From: Camelus dromedarius
Lineage: Eukaryota
Direction: 5' to 3'
Assembly: GCF_036321535.1 (NCBI RefSeq)
Contig: NC_087437.1
Span: 6,634,001 to 6,698,000, forward strand
Length of the DNA stretch: 64,000 nt
Positions 12,812 through 25,475 of this stretch are shown here, piece after piece (position 1 is the first letter of the stretch; each line of letters begins with the position of its first letter). The position numbers and the translations under genes were made by a program. The notes below the pieces were generated by a model. The model was given only the letters and a program-made list of their open reading frames with translations, was not told where the DNA came from and searched no databases.

Positions 12812-13346
12812 AAACTTATGTATTAAAAGGCTCACCCTGGTTACTCCATGGTATAGGGTGAGGACAGACAAGAGCAGAGGCAAGGCAATGTGTTATGAGC
12901 CGGCTGTGGTGATACAGGTTTCACTGATGGTGGTGGAGGTGGTGGTGGCCAGGATCAGAGTGCTTCCTCTGCAGACGGAGGTATATTCAGCTTCTGGATG
13001 TATTTTGAAGGTAGAGCTGTTAGGCTCTGCTGACAGATGTGATCTGGGGTGAAAGAGATAGAACAAAGTCAAGGATTTGGCCCATCCAACTGTTAGGCTG
13101 GGGTCTCTGTGCAGTGACACTGTGGGAGAAAAAAGCTCTGAGCAGGAGGACCAGGTGTGTGGAATGCATGTACTGCAAATCAGCAAGCTCTGACTAAATA
13201 AATACCTTGGGCATTTCACCGACTCTCTCAGATGTTAGCTTCAATATGACTGTGGATGGAGACAGAGAACATCCTATGATTTTACCCCCATCAGTCTGTG
13301 CTAACTGAAATAGACGCACTTAAAAAAGCGGGAGATCATCGCCCCA

Positions 13347-13765
13347 TGTGGATTAGATTCTGTGCTGGTCCTTGGCTCAGATTTATTCCTTGTCCTCCTC
13401 CTGCTCTGCTCTGTGTCACAGAAGAGCTGATAATTACAGGCTGCCTTTCTCGGGGTCCCTGATCAGGGGTCTTTTGGCTGCATTGCTACAAGGAGGTCCT
13501 CACAAGAAACTAGAGCATGGGAGGAGGGAGCAGGCTATTTCTCCTTTTCTCTGTCTGGTGTGTGCAGCGTCACCAGCAGGAGCTGAACGTCCTCTGATGC
13601 GTCCACTCCCATTGGACTCCAGCTCTGTGGCTCTGGCCTCTCTCCTCCCCCTGGGCTCTGCTAACACTGCCTCCCCACTTTGAACCTCCAGCCTAGCGGA
13701 GCACCAGATTCCTGCAGCTGCAACCTCTGGTTGTCTTCCTGTCCCTGTTTGGCTTCTCAGTTTAA
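13347..13765 (+). mobile_element. ERVL LTR (LTR33-like)
   Basis: cctcctgctctgctctgtgtcac...aacactgcctccccacttt...ccagcctag...ttcctgcagctgc resembles the LTR33 group. Confidence 0.55.
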
Positions 13766-14289
13766 TGTCTAGAGGGGTTTCTATTTTCCCACAAGGATGG
13801 CTCCCTCAGACTGAGAGTCCCATAGTGTAAAAAGAGGGAATCCAGAGTAATCATTTGGTGCATCACATATTTCAAGGGTGTCTGAGTGTTTGACTTGAGT
13901 TTATCCTCTCTACTTGGCTTGTTTGTGACCCAATTATCCATCTGGGTGAGATGCACTCTGGGTTTAGTATTGATCTGGCCCTGGTGTGGTTTGGATCCAC
14001 TTCTCAGGATGGAAGGGTAGACAGAAATCTTAAAACAAAACCACCCCTCAGATGCTTGAATTTCCTCTCTGCTATTCCGATCCTGTTTGAGAACTCTTCA
14101 GGAGAAATTCATTCATTTCCAAAGCTTGCCATTTTATCTTTAGATAGTTCTGTTTCAAATTTTAATTTTTTGATTAGAACACTTTATGTCAAAAAAGAAA
14201 ACCAACTCAAACTTAAAGAAGAAAATAGCATTTATGTCTTCTATAATTGATTGACGCAGAGGAAATATTTCAGATGAGGCTTTATTCTA

Positions 14290-14680
14290 GGGCTCAAAGG
14301 ATGTCTATGACCCAGATTTTGTTTTTGCTTTTCCTTCCTCTCTGTTTCTTAGCCCATCTTCTTCAAGATTGTTTCCACTCTGAGATGGGCTCCCCTTGTG
14401 TAAAACTGGCTCTCGGCAGCTCACAAAAGCTCAGACAAATCCTGGAATCTCCCAGGCCCCGACTGGCTTGTGTTCCAGCTCTCACCCGTGCCTGCCTACG
14501 ATGATGCTCCCATCCCTGAGCTAATTCCTGCGGCTAGGTCAGTGGGATACATTGATAAGCCTAAGAAAATACCCAGTTAATTGGACATACTGATTAGCTA
14601 AAGCAAATACATGACCGAATGGAACTAGGAGTTGGGTCAATCCCACCCAAACCACGTGTCTCAAAAATTCAGGATGAAGT
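14290..14680 (-). mobile_element. Old MaLR LTR (MLT1K/L-like)
   Basis: ccatccctgagctaattcctgcggctagg...ggatacattgat... pattern. Confidence 0.45.
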
Positions 14681-15983
14681 TAGTAAGGGAGAGGGAGGAA
14701 ATGAGTTCTAGGGATTGCTTCAAAAAAAAAAAAAAGTCTGCTATGGGAGGCAAGGACAAAGAGTCTTTTGAGTGTCTGCTCTTATTTCATCTCTATGGGT
14801 AAAACATTCCAACACTGGACAAATGAAGGTTTACAAGGTTTACAGGTGCATTAACAAATCCCAGATGCCACAATTCCAAAATCTGGTAGGTAAAACAAGA
14901 GGTTCTACATACCATCAGGAGGTAAACTCTGAATTTCCAAAATTTGAGCAGGAATGAAACTATTCTTTATCCAATTATAAGTCCATAAACAATATACGTG
15001 TAGGCACACATACTTGGAAGGAGACGACAAAAAGAAACAAAAAAGAAAGGATGATTTTTTTTTTTTAATTTCAGCTTTTGACATGGTAAAAAATACATCA
15101 GAAAATGAGCCAGCTCCTAAAACAATGCCCAATTAGAACTGAAACTATCACAGCAAATGTGGAGGGAAGGGCTGGCAATAGCAAAACAATGTATTGAACC
15201 CCCATGGGAAATGCAGCCAAAATTTCATTTGATAATTCCATTGCTTCATTTTGCAAAATGGTAGCTGTGGCAACTGGGATGTGCTTTAAAGGTCCTCACC
15301 TGCATGTGACACCTCGGTTTGTGGCGGGTTGTGAGCTAATTCGTCATTCTTTCTCATATAGGCCAGCGAGCAGTTACATCGGACAAAGCCTCCCTCCTCC
15401 CCCCTCCTTCTCCCGATTTCTCTTCTTTACTTTTGGTTTGGCAGGTGCCTAGATTTTTATCTTTGCCCAGGACAGTGAAATGGCAGATTATCTGGTAACT
15501 GCGAGGGGAACAAAATCCCACGTATGACTTAAAAAAAAAAAAAAAAAAAAGAAGTGAACGGCGATTCACTTAATCCCCTGCTTACTATTAAGTCCTGGCT
15601 AATTATTTAGAAATTAAGAAGAAAGTACATAAGCCTTGGTGAACATGGCTGATTGGTATAACAGGGAAAGGAACTGCACAGGATTCTTTCTGTTGTTTTA
15701 TTTTGGCATGCGTGTTTTCTGTCTTTCTTGCCAAAGTGAACTCTTAACTTCTTAAGCCTCTGGAGACCATTGGAGGTTTGAAGGAGCTATTGTTCTGACA
15801 GAACTTATCTGTGGAGGTGGTTTTTTTTTCCTGTTAATCACTTACATTCAATAATTCTGAGATGGCTTCTTGCCTTAAACTGACTTGAAAAGCACCCCCG
15901 TGGCAAGAACAATAAAAGAGAGACCCGCCAAAGCTGCTGTAGGGTTCCGGTTAGACCGGTTCCCTAGCAGGACGATGTGGGCA

Positions 15984-16470
15984 GTGTTGCAGTTAGCTGT
16001 TGTAGTGGAACAACCCCCCTCAAACCTTCCTGGCTGAAATGAATGACCATTTATTATCCTGACATGCCAGTGCTTCTGCTGGGGAGACCACTGATCTGCG
16101 TGGGACTCATTCATGTCTCTGGGGTCCGCCAGAGGCTTGGCTGGAGCCGGTGGCTCTAGGATGGCCATGGTTGGGATGAATCAGCTCGTCTCCACAAGGC
16201 CTCTTACCCTCCTACCACATCAGCCTGGCCGTGACCACGTGGCCATGTCCACATGTACGTGGCAAGGTTCCAACAGAGGGGAGCCATGGAAGGGCTCTTG
16301 AGGCCCAAAGTCTAAACTGGATCATGACCATTTTGACATCATGCTATTGGCAAACGCAAGCCCAGATTCAAGAGGAGGGGCATTAGATGAATCTTCTTGG
16401 TGGGAGAATCTATAAACTCCCATTGGATGCAGGAAGGAAAGAATTGAAGCCTTATTTGCATCCATGTGCA
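15984..16470 (-). mobile_element. MaLR LTR (MLT1H/I-like)
   Basis: agttagctgttg...aacaacccc...catttattat...gcaagcccagattcaagaggagggg. Confidence 0.6.
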
Positions 16471-16885
16471 ACAGAAAACTTGAGTATGCTCTGCTCACGT
16501 GGTAAACACCTTATTTTTAGGGGGAGAGTAATATAAAAATAAACATCATGTGTGAAAGAAGTTCCCATGCCCAATTTAGAAACAATCTGGTTTATTAAAA
16601 TAGAAGCATTCCCCCACCCCAAATCCTTTTATAGTTTTCTCATTTCCACCATTTGTTGACTTTTCCACTCAATGTAGAGTGAGAAACTTTTGTATTTAAC
16701 TTACTTTTTTTTTTGTTTCGATTATACTCGAATTATTTTGGGCTTTGTTTGTTAATATACTATGGTGGAGCTTAGGCTTTTAATACCACGGGGATCTTTT
16801 CTATTCTTCTGAGTTTGTTTTTAGGTATCTTAAAATTAATTGCTACCCATAGTGGAAAACTTGAAATTATTGGGTGAAAATTATT

Positions 16886-16932
16886 GCCGGCCCTGCTGAC
16901 ATCTTGATGTCAGACTTCTTGCCTCCAGAACT
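16886..16932 (+). mobile_element. Short MaLR (MLT1/MST-type) LTR fragment fused to the MSR1 exon
   Basis: gccggccctgctgacatcttgatgtcagacttcttgcctccagaact matches the MaLR segment ...ccctgccgacaccttgatttcagacttctggcctccagaact|gtgaga. Compare the MLT1A copy at ~60510-60557, which continues ...ccgaact gtgaga. Confidence 0.7.
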
Positions 16933-17126
16933 CACCATCTAAGACATCTTAAGACAGTTCGACAGGTTGGTGGTAGTGGCCTTCATGAAGGCAGGGTGGA
17001 AATTTTCCATGGTGGCCAGCGGGGTACAGTTTGTGATGACCACTGGGAATTGGGTGTTGGACAGGTCATCTGTTGGTGGATACCAAGGTGTTCCAAAAGT
17101 TCATAAGAGAGCTTATTTTAGACAAA
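16933..17126 (+). pseudogene. MSR1: Disabled fragment of macrophage scavenger receptor 1 (SR-A): the exon encoding the N-terminal part of the SRCR domain
   Basis: From 16957 it translates [39 protein letters not shown], then after an ~5-nt deletion [16 protein letters not shown]. This matches the recalled MSR1 SRCR sequence VRLVGGSGPHEGRVEI.H.GQWGT.CDDRWE..VGQVVCRSLGY.GV..VHK.A.FGQG. Lesions: conserved Trp changed to Arg, a frameshift, and a ~10-nt duplication (tctaagaca/tcttaagaca) near the start. No other MSR1 exons are seen in the window. Confidence 0.85.
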
Positions 17127-17629
17127 AAGAAGGGAAAAAAAATGAAGGAAAAAGGAAGTAGAAAATAAGAATACTAGTTGATATTAGGACCCAAACACAT
17201 TACACCTCAATTATTTGAACAAAAAAAGTTTTTTTTAAATGATTCATTGATTTACTTCTTCAAGAAACCCCAGCTGAGTGAGTGCCTCCCGGGTGTTGGA
17301 AGCTGGGCAAGGTGCTTGGGATACAGTGGAGAGCAGGACACACAAAGCCCCTGCCCTCAGGGAGCTTACGTTTTATGAGAGCCACAGACAGGAGGCAAAC
17401 ATACAAGTGGAGGCAGCAAACCAAGACCACTCTGATAAGTGCTCAGAAAGAGAAAGAAAGCAGGGCCTCAGAGAACTTTGTTTCAACAGAGGAAGTTCCA
17501 CTTCCACTTACAGGAGATTGAGGTAATAGTGAAGCAGAAACTCTCTTAGGTAAAGAAGGCACCCGTGCAAAGGGCCAGGGGACGAGAGGTCCAGAGAGGG
17601 GCAGACCTTGCTGAGGCCTCAGGATGTCT

Positions 17630-18075
17630 TCATGGAGTGTTTTGGAGATCCAGATCTGCCAGTGGCTGTTTAGATTCATCCCTCCGGTGTGTTTCCCTCC
17701 CCATAGCAGCAACTGCGTCTCTACTGGACGGCTGCCTGCAGGCTGCCAGAATTCACTTTGCCTGCAAGTCCCCAGAGCTGGAAGTTCCGGGAATGGACGT
17801 TCTCCAGGGTAGTCCTTTATGGAAACTGAGAGTGGGAGTATAAATTCCCCAGCTCTCTTGCCCAATGGGGACACCTCCCAGGCCACTTCCCTGCAGAACT
17901 GAGCCAAGCTTGTACTTCCTGGGGCTTTGCTTGGTTTCTCACCCTCACGTGGTTTTCTTCTTTTCCTGTCCCACTGCATCACTCTCCTACTGGCTTTTCC
18001 TGGAACACTTTCTAATAAATGGCTCTCATGTGGATCCTTGTCCCTGGAGATGATTCTGAGGTATCCCACCTGAAG
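17630..18075 (+). mobile_element. ERVL LTR (LTR16-like)
   Basis: tttagattcatccctcc...ggacgttctccagggtagtcc...tgggagtataaattcccagctc...tttcctggaacactttctaataaat. Confidence 0.65.
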
Positions 18076-21000
18076 CAGCCAGTAACAGCGTAGCAGAGTG
18101 AACAAAGAAGGAGGCATGAGATGAGATTCCAGAGACAGACCGGGCACCGCGTAGCCTCCACAGCACAAGCAAGGAATGACATCACCCAACAGACTTCTAA
18201 AAAGAATCACTCAGTGGGCAATGGCTGGAGAGAGAATTGGTTGAAGGAGGGAGAGAATAAAACCTCAAATCAAATTCAAGGCCGGTTATCCTCCCTGTGC
18301 GGACATCTCTACCAATTTCCTTTTATTTTTTCAATTGGGATGAAACGATGCACCCTTTGGCTATGCCTCAGAGATGGTGTGAGGATGAAAAGATGATTTG
18401 CATAAACTTCTTATCACTCTCTGGAAAAGATGCACCCAATAAAAACCACTATTGTTATTGATAAAAATAAAAATAGCAATGCAAGCTCATCACCAAGCCT
18501 CTGGAGAATTTTCATACATTAATGGGGAAATTAAGTGTTAGATTAAAGACTCAAACAACTGTTTCTAGGTTTCTTTTTTGTTTAGATGGTTGTTGCTCCT
18601 TTGAGTCTGTGTAGAAACAAAATAGCTGATGCAAATCTTTGTGCCCCAACCTGGTTCACCCTGAAGTACAGATAAGGATCTTTTGAAAAATGACAGCGTT
18701 GAAAGCAACATTCCAGGTTTTTCCCTTTGAGGGAAAGAGATAGCTTGTTTTGAAATCAAAACAACAACAACTGTGGTATAAATGGAGGTAAAACTATTGT
18801 TGAAAAATATTAGTTTATGTTCTAGATACACACACACAATCTCCATACAAGTGAGTGTGTGTACGTGTGTATGTGAGTGTGCAATGTGTGTAAGCAAGCG
18901 TGCCTGGTAGACTCTCTCTGCTCATGATTGCCTTTTCCAAACCAATGTTCGGAAAGTGACAGATGGATCAGCAATGGCTGAGAAGCAGTTACACATATCT
19001 GGCCAGCATGGTTTTGATTGTGTGTTGGGTCGTCAGCCAGCCGCACACCAGAACTATTATTTTAGGAGGCTGAAAGAGAATTACCCGATGTCAAAGAGAA
19101 GAGAGATGCAGGGAATCAAACAGACCCCCCCACCCCCACCCCATAAGTATGTAGGGGAAGGGAGCAGTGCAGGCAAAGTGGGAGATGCAGAATCAGTTTT
19201 ACTAAGAAGTTCCCCAGGTCCATCGGACCTCTAGTTTCTCTCCATAGAAAGACCATCGTTACGTCTTCCATAAAAATGCTTTTAGTAAGGCATCAGCGTA
19301 GCCAAAGCTATATCCAGCTGTCTGAATTCACGCAAGAATTCACTGAAAGCAATGCATTCTGGTATTCAGGTTCAATTGTTATTGGAGCTGAGTTTTCATA
19401 ATAAAAATCTCAGAGTTGAAATAAATATGTGCTACATGGGATACAGAGGACAGGACTGTATGTCCATGTCTTCAACTAACCCTGTAAATACCTCTTATCT
19501 CAGGGGTTTTCTGAGCCACATGGCAGGTGTAACCTCAAATGCAGTACAAAATGACTGACATACTCAAATGCTAGAAGCACAAATACTTAGGATCAGCACC
19601 TGAAAAGATGACATACCTCAGCAAGACCAAGGCATCAGAGAAGACTGTAGGAAAACGTGGAAGTGTTTTACTTTCCTAGTCTTCATCAGCACCATTCTGA
19701 TACTTCACTGTATGTGCTTTAAAGCACACCCTGCTTGAGAAAAATGTCAAAATCCACCCAAACAATCCCTGTCAGCCTAGACTCTACTATGATGAGGATG
19801 CTCTGTTAAGTCACCTATTTTTTTCCCCCAGGAAGATTCCCTAATTGAACAAGTTGCCTGCCCATATCTATCTTTCTCTCTCTCGGAAGAAAAGGGGCAT
19901 TACAGGCCTGTGTGTTATTGGGCTAGAGTTATGTCATGCCTTAGTGTCTCATCCATTGGTCCCTTGATGAGGTTGGGAGATGCTTACAGGGGTTGGTTTC
20001 AGAAAAACGGTAGAAAGAGCAACAGAGTTATATGCAGTCTTGCTAACAAGTGCTACCCATGTAGCTGTAGACACCTCAGAGACCCCGCTCCCAGCTGCCT
20101 CTGCTTCATTCTGTCTGGCCCTCATCCTTCCCGGTGGCTCCTCTAAGACATGGGCTCCCACGAGCTTCACCCCAATTGCCTGTAGGCATTCTTACACTCA
20201 ATTTTGAGGACTGCCTCCTCTTTAATGTCTTCAGTTTTTTTTTTTTAATTACAAAATATAAAATTCCCACTGAAGAAAATCAGGGCCCCAAACGTCAGTG
20301 CTGAATAAATATGCATTGAATGAATGAAATAAAAATAATTTGAAAATATAATACAGAGGAAGAAAAAGTTAAGAACCAGTCTACCTATCCTCCAGAGGTG
20401 AATAGTAACCCCACACGTCAGTTATACGCTCCTAGGTATTTTCTGCAATTCTAAAAGCAAAAGTTAGATCGTTTTGTCTTTATTGTCTTGTTATAGGCCT
20501 GCCTCCCCCTTCAAGTTGGCCATCCTCCCATGATAATACAGTCTTATGCATCACGCTTTTAATGACTACATAATAATCCATTGTATAGAATATGACAATG
20601 AATTGTTTAACGGAGTTCCTATTGTTTGAACTTTAGCTCGCCTCTGAATTTTTTGCTTTTGTAAACAATACTGCAGTAAACATCCTCATTAGTGTCCTTT
20701 AATTTTAATGATTTCTTTAGGATAAATTCTCAGAAATGAAGTATTTGGGTTAAAGAACCTGTGTGTTTTATTATCTAATGACAAGTCATCCAGACAAGCA
20801 TCTCTTTGCCTGAGACTTGGGTTAATGTGTCTCCAACTGGAACTCTGAATTGTAACCTCCTCCAGAATCTGTGCCCTTCAGGACCTGGGGCAGCAGACAA
20901 TCAATATGTATTTATTGGATCAAGTAATTTGAATATCCCATTCCCATGGCCTTGATTCCATCTCCCTCAAGAATTGAATTCTCTTGTACAAGTAAAAACT

Positions 21001-21077
21001 TATGAGCAGGAAACCAGAGAGGATAACCCACTGTGGTCCCTGAAACCTTAATTCCAGCTCAGTGAATTAATCTAGGC

Positions 21078-21550
21078 CAGGGGTCAGGCCGCTACAGCCC
21101 ATGGGTCAAACCCAGCCTGTTTTGGTATGGTCTGTAAACCAACAATTATTCCTACATTTGTAAATGCTTGGAAAAAAATCAAAAGAAGAATAATATTTAT
21201 TTTTTTAAATCAGGATTTTAATACCACACTTAAAAATTATTTATCTATTTTAATGGAGGTACTGAGGATTGAACGCAGGACCTCGTGCGTGCTAAGCATG
21301 TGCTTTACCACTGACCTATACCCTCCCCCCAAGAATAATATTTCTTGAAGTGAAAATTATATCAAATTTAATTTGCATCCATAAATAAAGTTGTATTGGA
21401 ATACAGCTAGACTCATTTATTTCTGACTCATCTCTGGCTGCTTTAGTGCTAAAATGGCAGAACTAAGTAATGTTGACCAAGATCATAAGGCCTGAAAAAC
21501 CTACGATATTTATTATTTGGCCCTTTACAGAAAAAGTTTGCTGAACCCCG
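21078..21550. mobile_element. MER58B-like hAT MITE interrupted by a SINE
   Basis: Ends caggggtcagg...tacagcccatgg and ggccctttacagaaaaagtttgctgaacccc. Confidence 0.75.
21199..21330 (-). mobile_element. tRNA-Ala-derived SINE (camelid Vic-1-like)
   Basis: Reverse tRNA-like head. 13-bp TSD aagaataatattt at 21186-21198 and 21331-21343. Confidence 0.9.
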
Positions 21551-22819
21551 ATCTAGACGTCAGTCAAACCAAGCAGAGTAATCTAAACCCTAGAAAAATG
21601 AAATTTGCGATGGTGCTGTCACTAAATCAGCACTTGCAGAGAGCTGCGATCATTAGCACTTCCAGCGTGTATGGGTGAGATCTCACTGTCTTCCATTGTC
21701 TCGGCTTTGACCCCAGCATTCCAGAGGTGAGAAAATCTAGCACCTGAAACCCTGGCCCCACAAAGTACTCAGACAAGGGGTTTTCAGTGTTGTGAGCATT
21801 GACAATTTCCCAAGTTCACAGTTTTAGCATCATTGATACCAAGTCCTGAGGGCATGCTTTGGCTAGTGTGGCTGACGGATGAAGTATGGCTCCCTTATTA
21901 ACTTGTCAAAGTGCGGTGCAGCTGCATCATTTGCTCACCCATTTGCTTAACTTAAATAAAGGTTGGTGGTTAGGCTTCTGTTGCATTGTGCTCTCCTGCT
22001 AATTATCAGTGTATTTGTTTTAGAGACAATTAGCCACCTGGTTCATTCTCCCATTGAAGTCAGGTCATCATGAGTTACATCTGCTTTCAGGCCTCCTCAA
22101 GTCCAAGACATAATAAAAAGATGATGGCTATGATTATAAAAAGCGTGCGGGGTTGGGCATCAATGGTACAGCATATTGAATTCCCAAGGAGGATGGGGTT
22201 GCATCATTGTACTCACAGAAGCTCCTCTCTGCCAATCACAGAAGAAGGACGTGCACAGAGAACTCTCGTGCAGAGCCAGAAGTCCTTCAGCAAGTGGGGA
22301 GAGTATTTGCAAAGGTAGACACTAATAATGGCAAAGCAAACTGAGGTGCGATTCCACCCTGGGGCGCTGTGCTGATACAACAAAAAAGTGACAAGTAAGC
22401 ACAGCTTCTTTCTTGCAGAATTTGCATGAAACTGAAGTTGTTCAGACCTGTGGGTGTTGCCTTTGAAAAAAAATGTGCCTGATAATGTGACACAATATTA
22501 TGCAGAATACACATTTGCTTTTATAATCCCATATGCTCTGGCAAAACTTAACATTTTGGAGCTAAGACTTTATTATGCTAGGTGCTTGCTGAATCCCATT
22601 GATGGTGGAGGCACTGGGTTCAGCTTTCTGAATTTGGGGAGGTGAGGGTCTGTGGCATGGAGGCTGCCCGATCATGTGGGATGTCGTCTTCTGAGGGCAT
22701 TACTTGACTGGAGGGAGGGAAATCAGATCTGTGAGGCTTTGTAATTAATCAGGTGTGTGTCTCTGCTGTAGAGGCCCTGGAACTGGGGTCAGCAGACTGA
22801 GAGTGAGTATTAAACAGTT

Positions 22820-23322
22820 TGTTACCAAGTCCAAACTCGTTCTGCTTGCCACACGACAGGCCAATAAATTGGGAGATGAGGTGTTGGGGCAAGGAATAAT
22901 GACTGTTCAGAAAGTCAGCACACTAAGAAGGGGGACTAATGTCCTAGAGAGCCATCTTCCCCAAGTCCGAATTCAGGCTCCTTTTATATCAAAAAGGGAG
23001 GGAGTGTGGTTGATTGTTGCAAACTTCTTGGTGTCGGAATCCTTTGTTCTTGCAGCTGTTGGCCTAGGTCAGGTTGTGGTGTTCCTGCAAACCTCCAACA
23101 AGACAAATGTTATTTTCTATTCTGTAACTTTTTATCTTTATATGAATGGAAAGTGTTCTACCCTTAAAGGTCAGAGCCTTGAGAATGGGCTGTCCTGTGT
23201 ATTTCAGGCTCTAGGCAACATTCTTTTACAGAAGGTGCAGAACCAGCACAGGAAACAGAGCACAGGGTTAGAGCTAAAGAAACAGATCTAATATGGAGTC
23301 AGATTTGTTCTTTTCTATTACA
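22820..23322 (-). mobile_element. ERV1-class solo LTR (same family as 34843-35349)
   Basis: tgttacc...ctattaca termini, reverse TATA-like element at ~22983, and colinear similarity to the second copy. Confidence 0.8.
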
Positions 23323-23604
23323 CGTCCACTTGGCTGCCTTAGTACTAGTCATGCAGAGACTGTTAAGTGAGGTTCTATGTTGGGTGAAAATTAAACATTG
23401 GTAAAAGTTCCAAGTAAAAGGTCAACAGGATACATTCTGAAAACCTTTCACCCTGTGCCCCAGGAAGGAAGGGGACAGAGAACACGTGCTTCAGACCCCA
23501 AATCAGCGAGTGGCTGAAGCACCAAAACAAATTCCCATTTCCATAAAAACTCACACCATCTGCAGAACTCTAGAGACAGTGGATTATAAAGAACAAAAGA
23601 CTCA

Positions 23605-23687
23605 GGACGCGAAAGCCTACTGTACCTTTAATACACGTATTTTGGTCTTCTTTAAAAAAGGACATTGAAGGAGAGCAACAAAGCCCA
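23605..23687 (+). repeat. Copy 1 of an ~83-bp diverged direct repeat
   Basis: ggacgcgaaagcctactgtacctttaatacacgtat...aaaaaggacattgaaggagagcaacaaagccca; matches 24841-24924. Confidence 0.85.
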
Positions 23688-24840
23688 ACGTATTGTCCCA
23701 CTTGAATTAGTAAAGACAAAGGAAGCAGCGAGCCAATCTGGCACTCGAAAATTGGGTTTCCCAAAGTGAAACCCGGCAGAACGCTGGTTTTTGTGGAATA
23801 TTATGTTGAAAATGAGATTTTGTGGCCTCAGTTCTGGGAAGTAGGGGGCTTCTCTATGGGAACTCAGCTAAGTTAGAAGTTTGTGCAGGACGTCTCGGAG
23901 CTTTGAATATGTCAGTGAGCTTTGTGAGATGCACATTTCCCAAACTTATGAGACCATAAAACCCTCTTTTCCTGAGCATCTGGCAGAAGGGTCTTCTGAC
24001 CAAGGCTTGTTGACAAATACCCCAAAGTGTTTTCTCTAATGCGGGGCTTTCTTAGAAACCTAAGACTGAGGGCAAGTCAATAGCTGGGGGTGGAGGGCTT
24101 ACAAAATGGAAGAGCAGGCTGGTCTCTGGATTTTCCAAGGGCTTTTCTTACTACAGGTCTGATGTCTGAGCACGAATGGTCCCACTTTAATTTTTTTTTC
24201 CTTTAAATTGCTGCCTTGTGGTGCCTTAGGCTATGATTTGAAATGGTAAGAAATAATTTAGCTAATTGAGTCGAGAAGTAAGCCCCCAACTTTGGATCAC
24301 CTGCATAAAATCCATTAGGCTGGAGATAAATGGTGGAGTACAAAGGGTGTACAAATGACTGGGACCGGGTGGGATCACCTCATTTCCTAATGCAGGGGAA
24401 AGTCATTCAGTCTGATTGTACATCACCGTTGGTGGCATGCGAGCCTTACTATGTGAAAACGTTTGCCAGTTACATAATAGAGTGTGGAACATAAATAATA
24501 CGGATCAAGTGAGAATGCGGGACCACAGAGGTTAGCGTTTTTGACGCATGCTGATTCATAATACCAGCATTTTAGAGAAGGGAGTCTTGGGACAGCAGCT
24601 CCATACAAATGCGTTCCCGTTGTCCCGATCTATCTTTGTGTTTGTGCTTTTCTGCAGACTTTCACGAGGCTGTTGTAAACTTAATCCTGTTTAGCAATTA
24701 TGATTTCCTTCAGTTGGCTCCACTCATTAAACCGTTTAAACTTAGATTTAAAGAATAATATCCGCTTTGTTCCTTTACGCAACTTTGGGGTGTGAATAAA
24801 ACACTTAGGATGGGTTTCTTGGCAGAGAACAGTCCACACT

Positions 24841-24924
24841 GGACACTAAAGCTTACTGTACCTTTCATACATATATTTTTTTTTTTTCCTTAAAAAGGAC
24901 TTTGAAGGAGAACAACAAAGCCCA
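24841..24924 (+). repeat. Copy 2 of the ~83-bp diverged direct repeat
   Basis: ggacactaaagcttactgtacctttcatacatatat...aaaaaggactttgaaggagaacaacaaagccca. Confidence 0.85.
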
Positions 24925-25475
24925 GGCTGTTTTCTGTTTTTTGTTTTTTTGTTTTTTTTTTAAAGGGAGAGGAGTGACTCTTGATAAAAGCCAATTACAA
25001 ATTGAATATAGGCTGTTTATTTAGACTTGAGAAAGTGTAGATCTTGAAAAAAGTATATGTTTAGATATTCCCAAATCAGCAGCCTCGGGGTTTTACAACT
25101 ACTAAAAGCTGCAAAGGAACGATCAAAAGCCCATCATTCATGGAAGCCTGAGAGTACATGAAAGAGAGAGAGAAAGCAGTGGTCTGGTCTCCTCTCAAGG
25201 CATGCCGCTGAAGGGCGTGGGCTCGGTGAGGCTGAGCCTCAGACTGCTGACTGGGTGGAGCTTAGGATTCGGAGTCTGTGTGAGGACAAGGCTCTCAAGG
25301 GGAGGAGATGCCGTCTTTGAACCTTTATTCTTCAAGCCTATCACCTTACACCCTGCTGGCCTCATCTCCCCTGGAGAGAATGAAATAACTTTGTTTGGTA
25401 ACGGCCGTGTGCGAGGCACTGAAGCATGACATAAAGGAAACACAGTAGATTTGTGCATTTCTCACTTGTATGTTT

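Noticed and set aside
16967..17161. ORF-track 64-aa peptide as a functional gene, or this site as the true MSR1 locus
   Set aside because: The ORF is out of frame for most of the SRCR match. There is no splice donor after the exon and no other MSR1 exon in the 64 kb.
17443..18210. Longest ORF (255 aa, minus strand)
   Set aside because: It overlaps an LTR16-like element and has no recognisable domain.
22755..23291. 178-aa ORF with a hydrophobic stretch
   Set aside because: It lies almost entirely within an ERV LTR, and the sister LTR at 34.8 kb does not preserve it.
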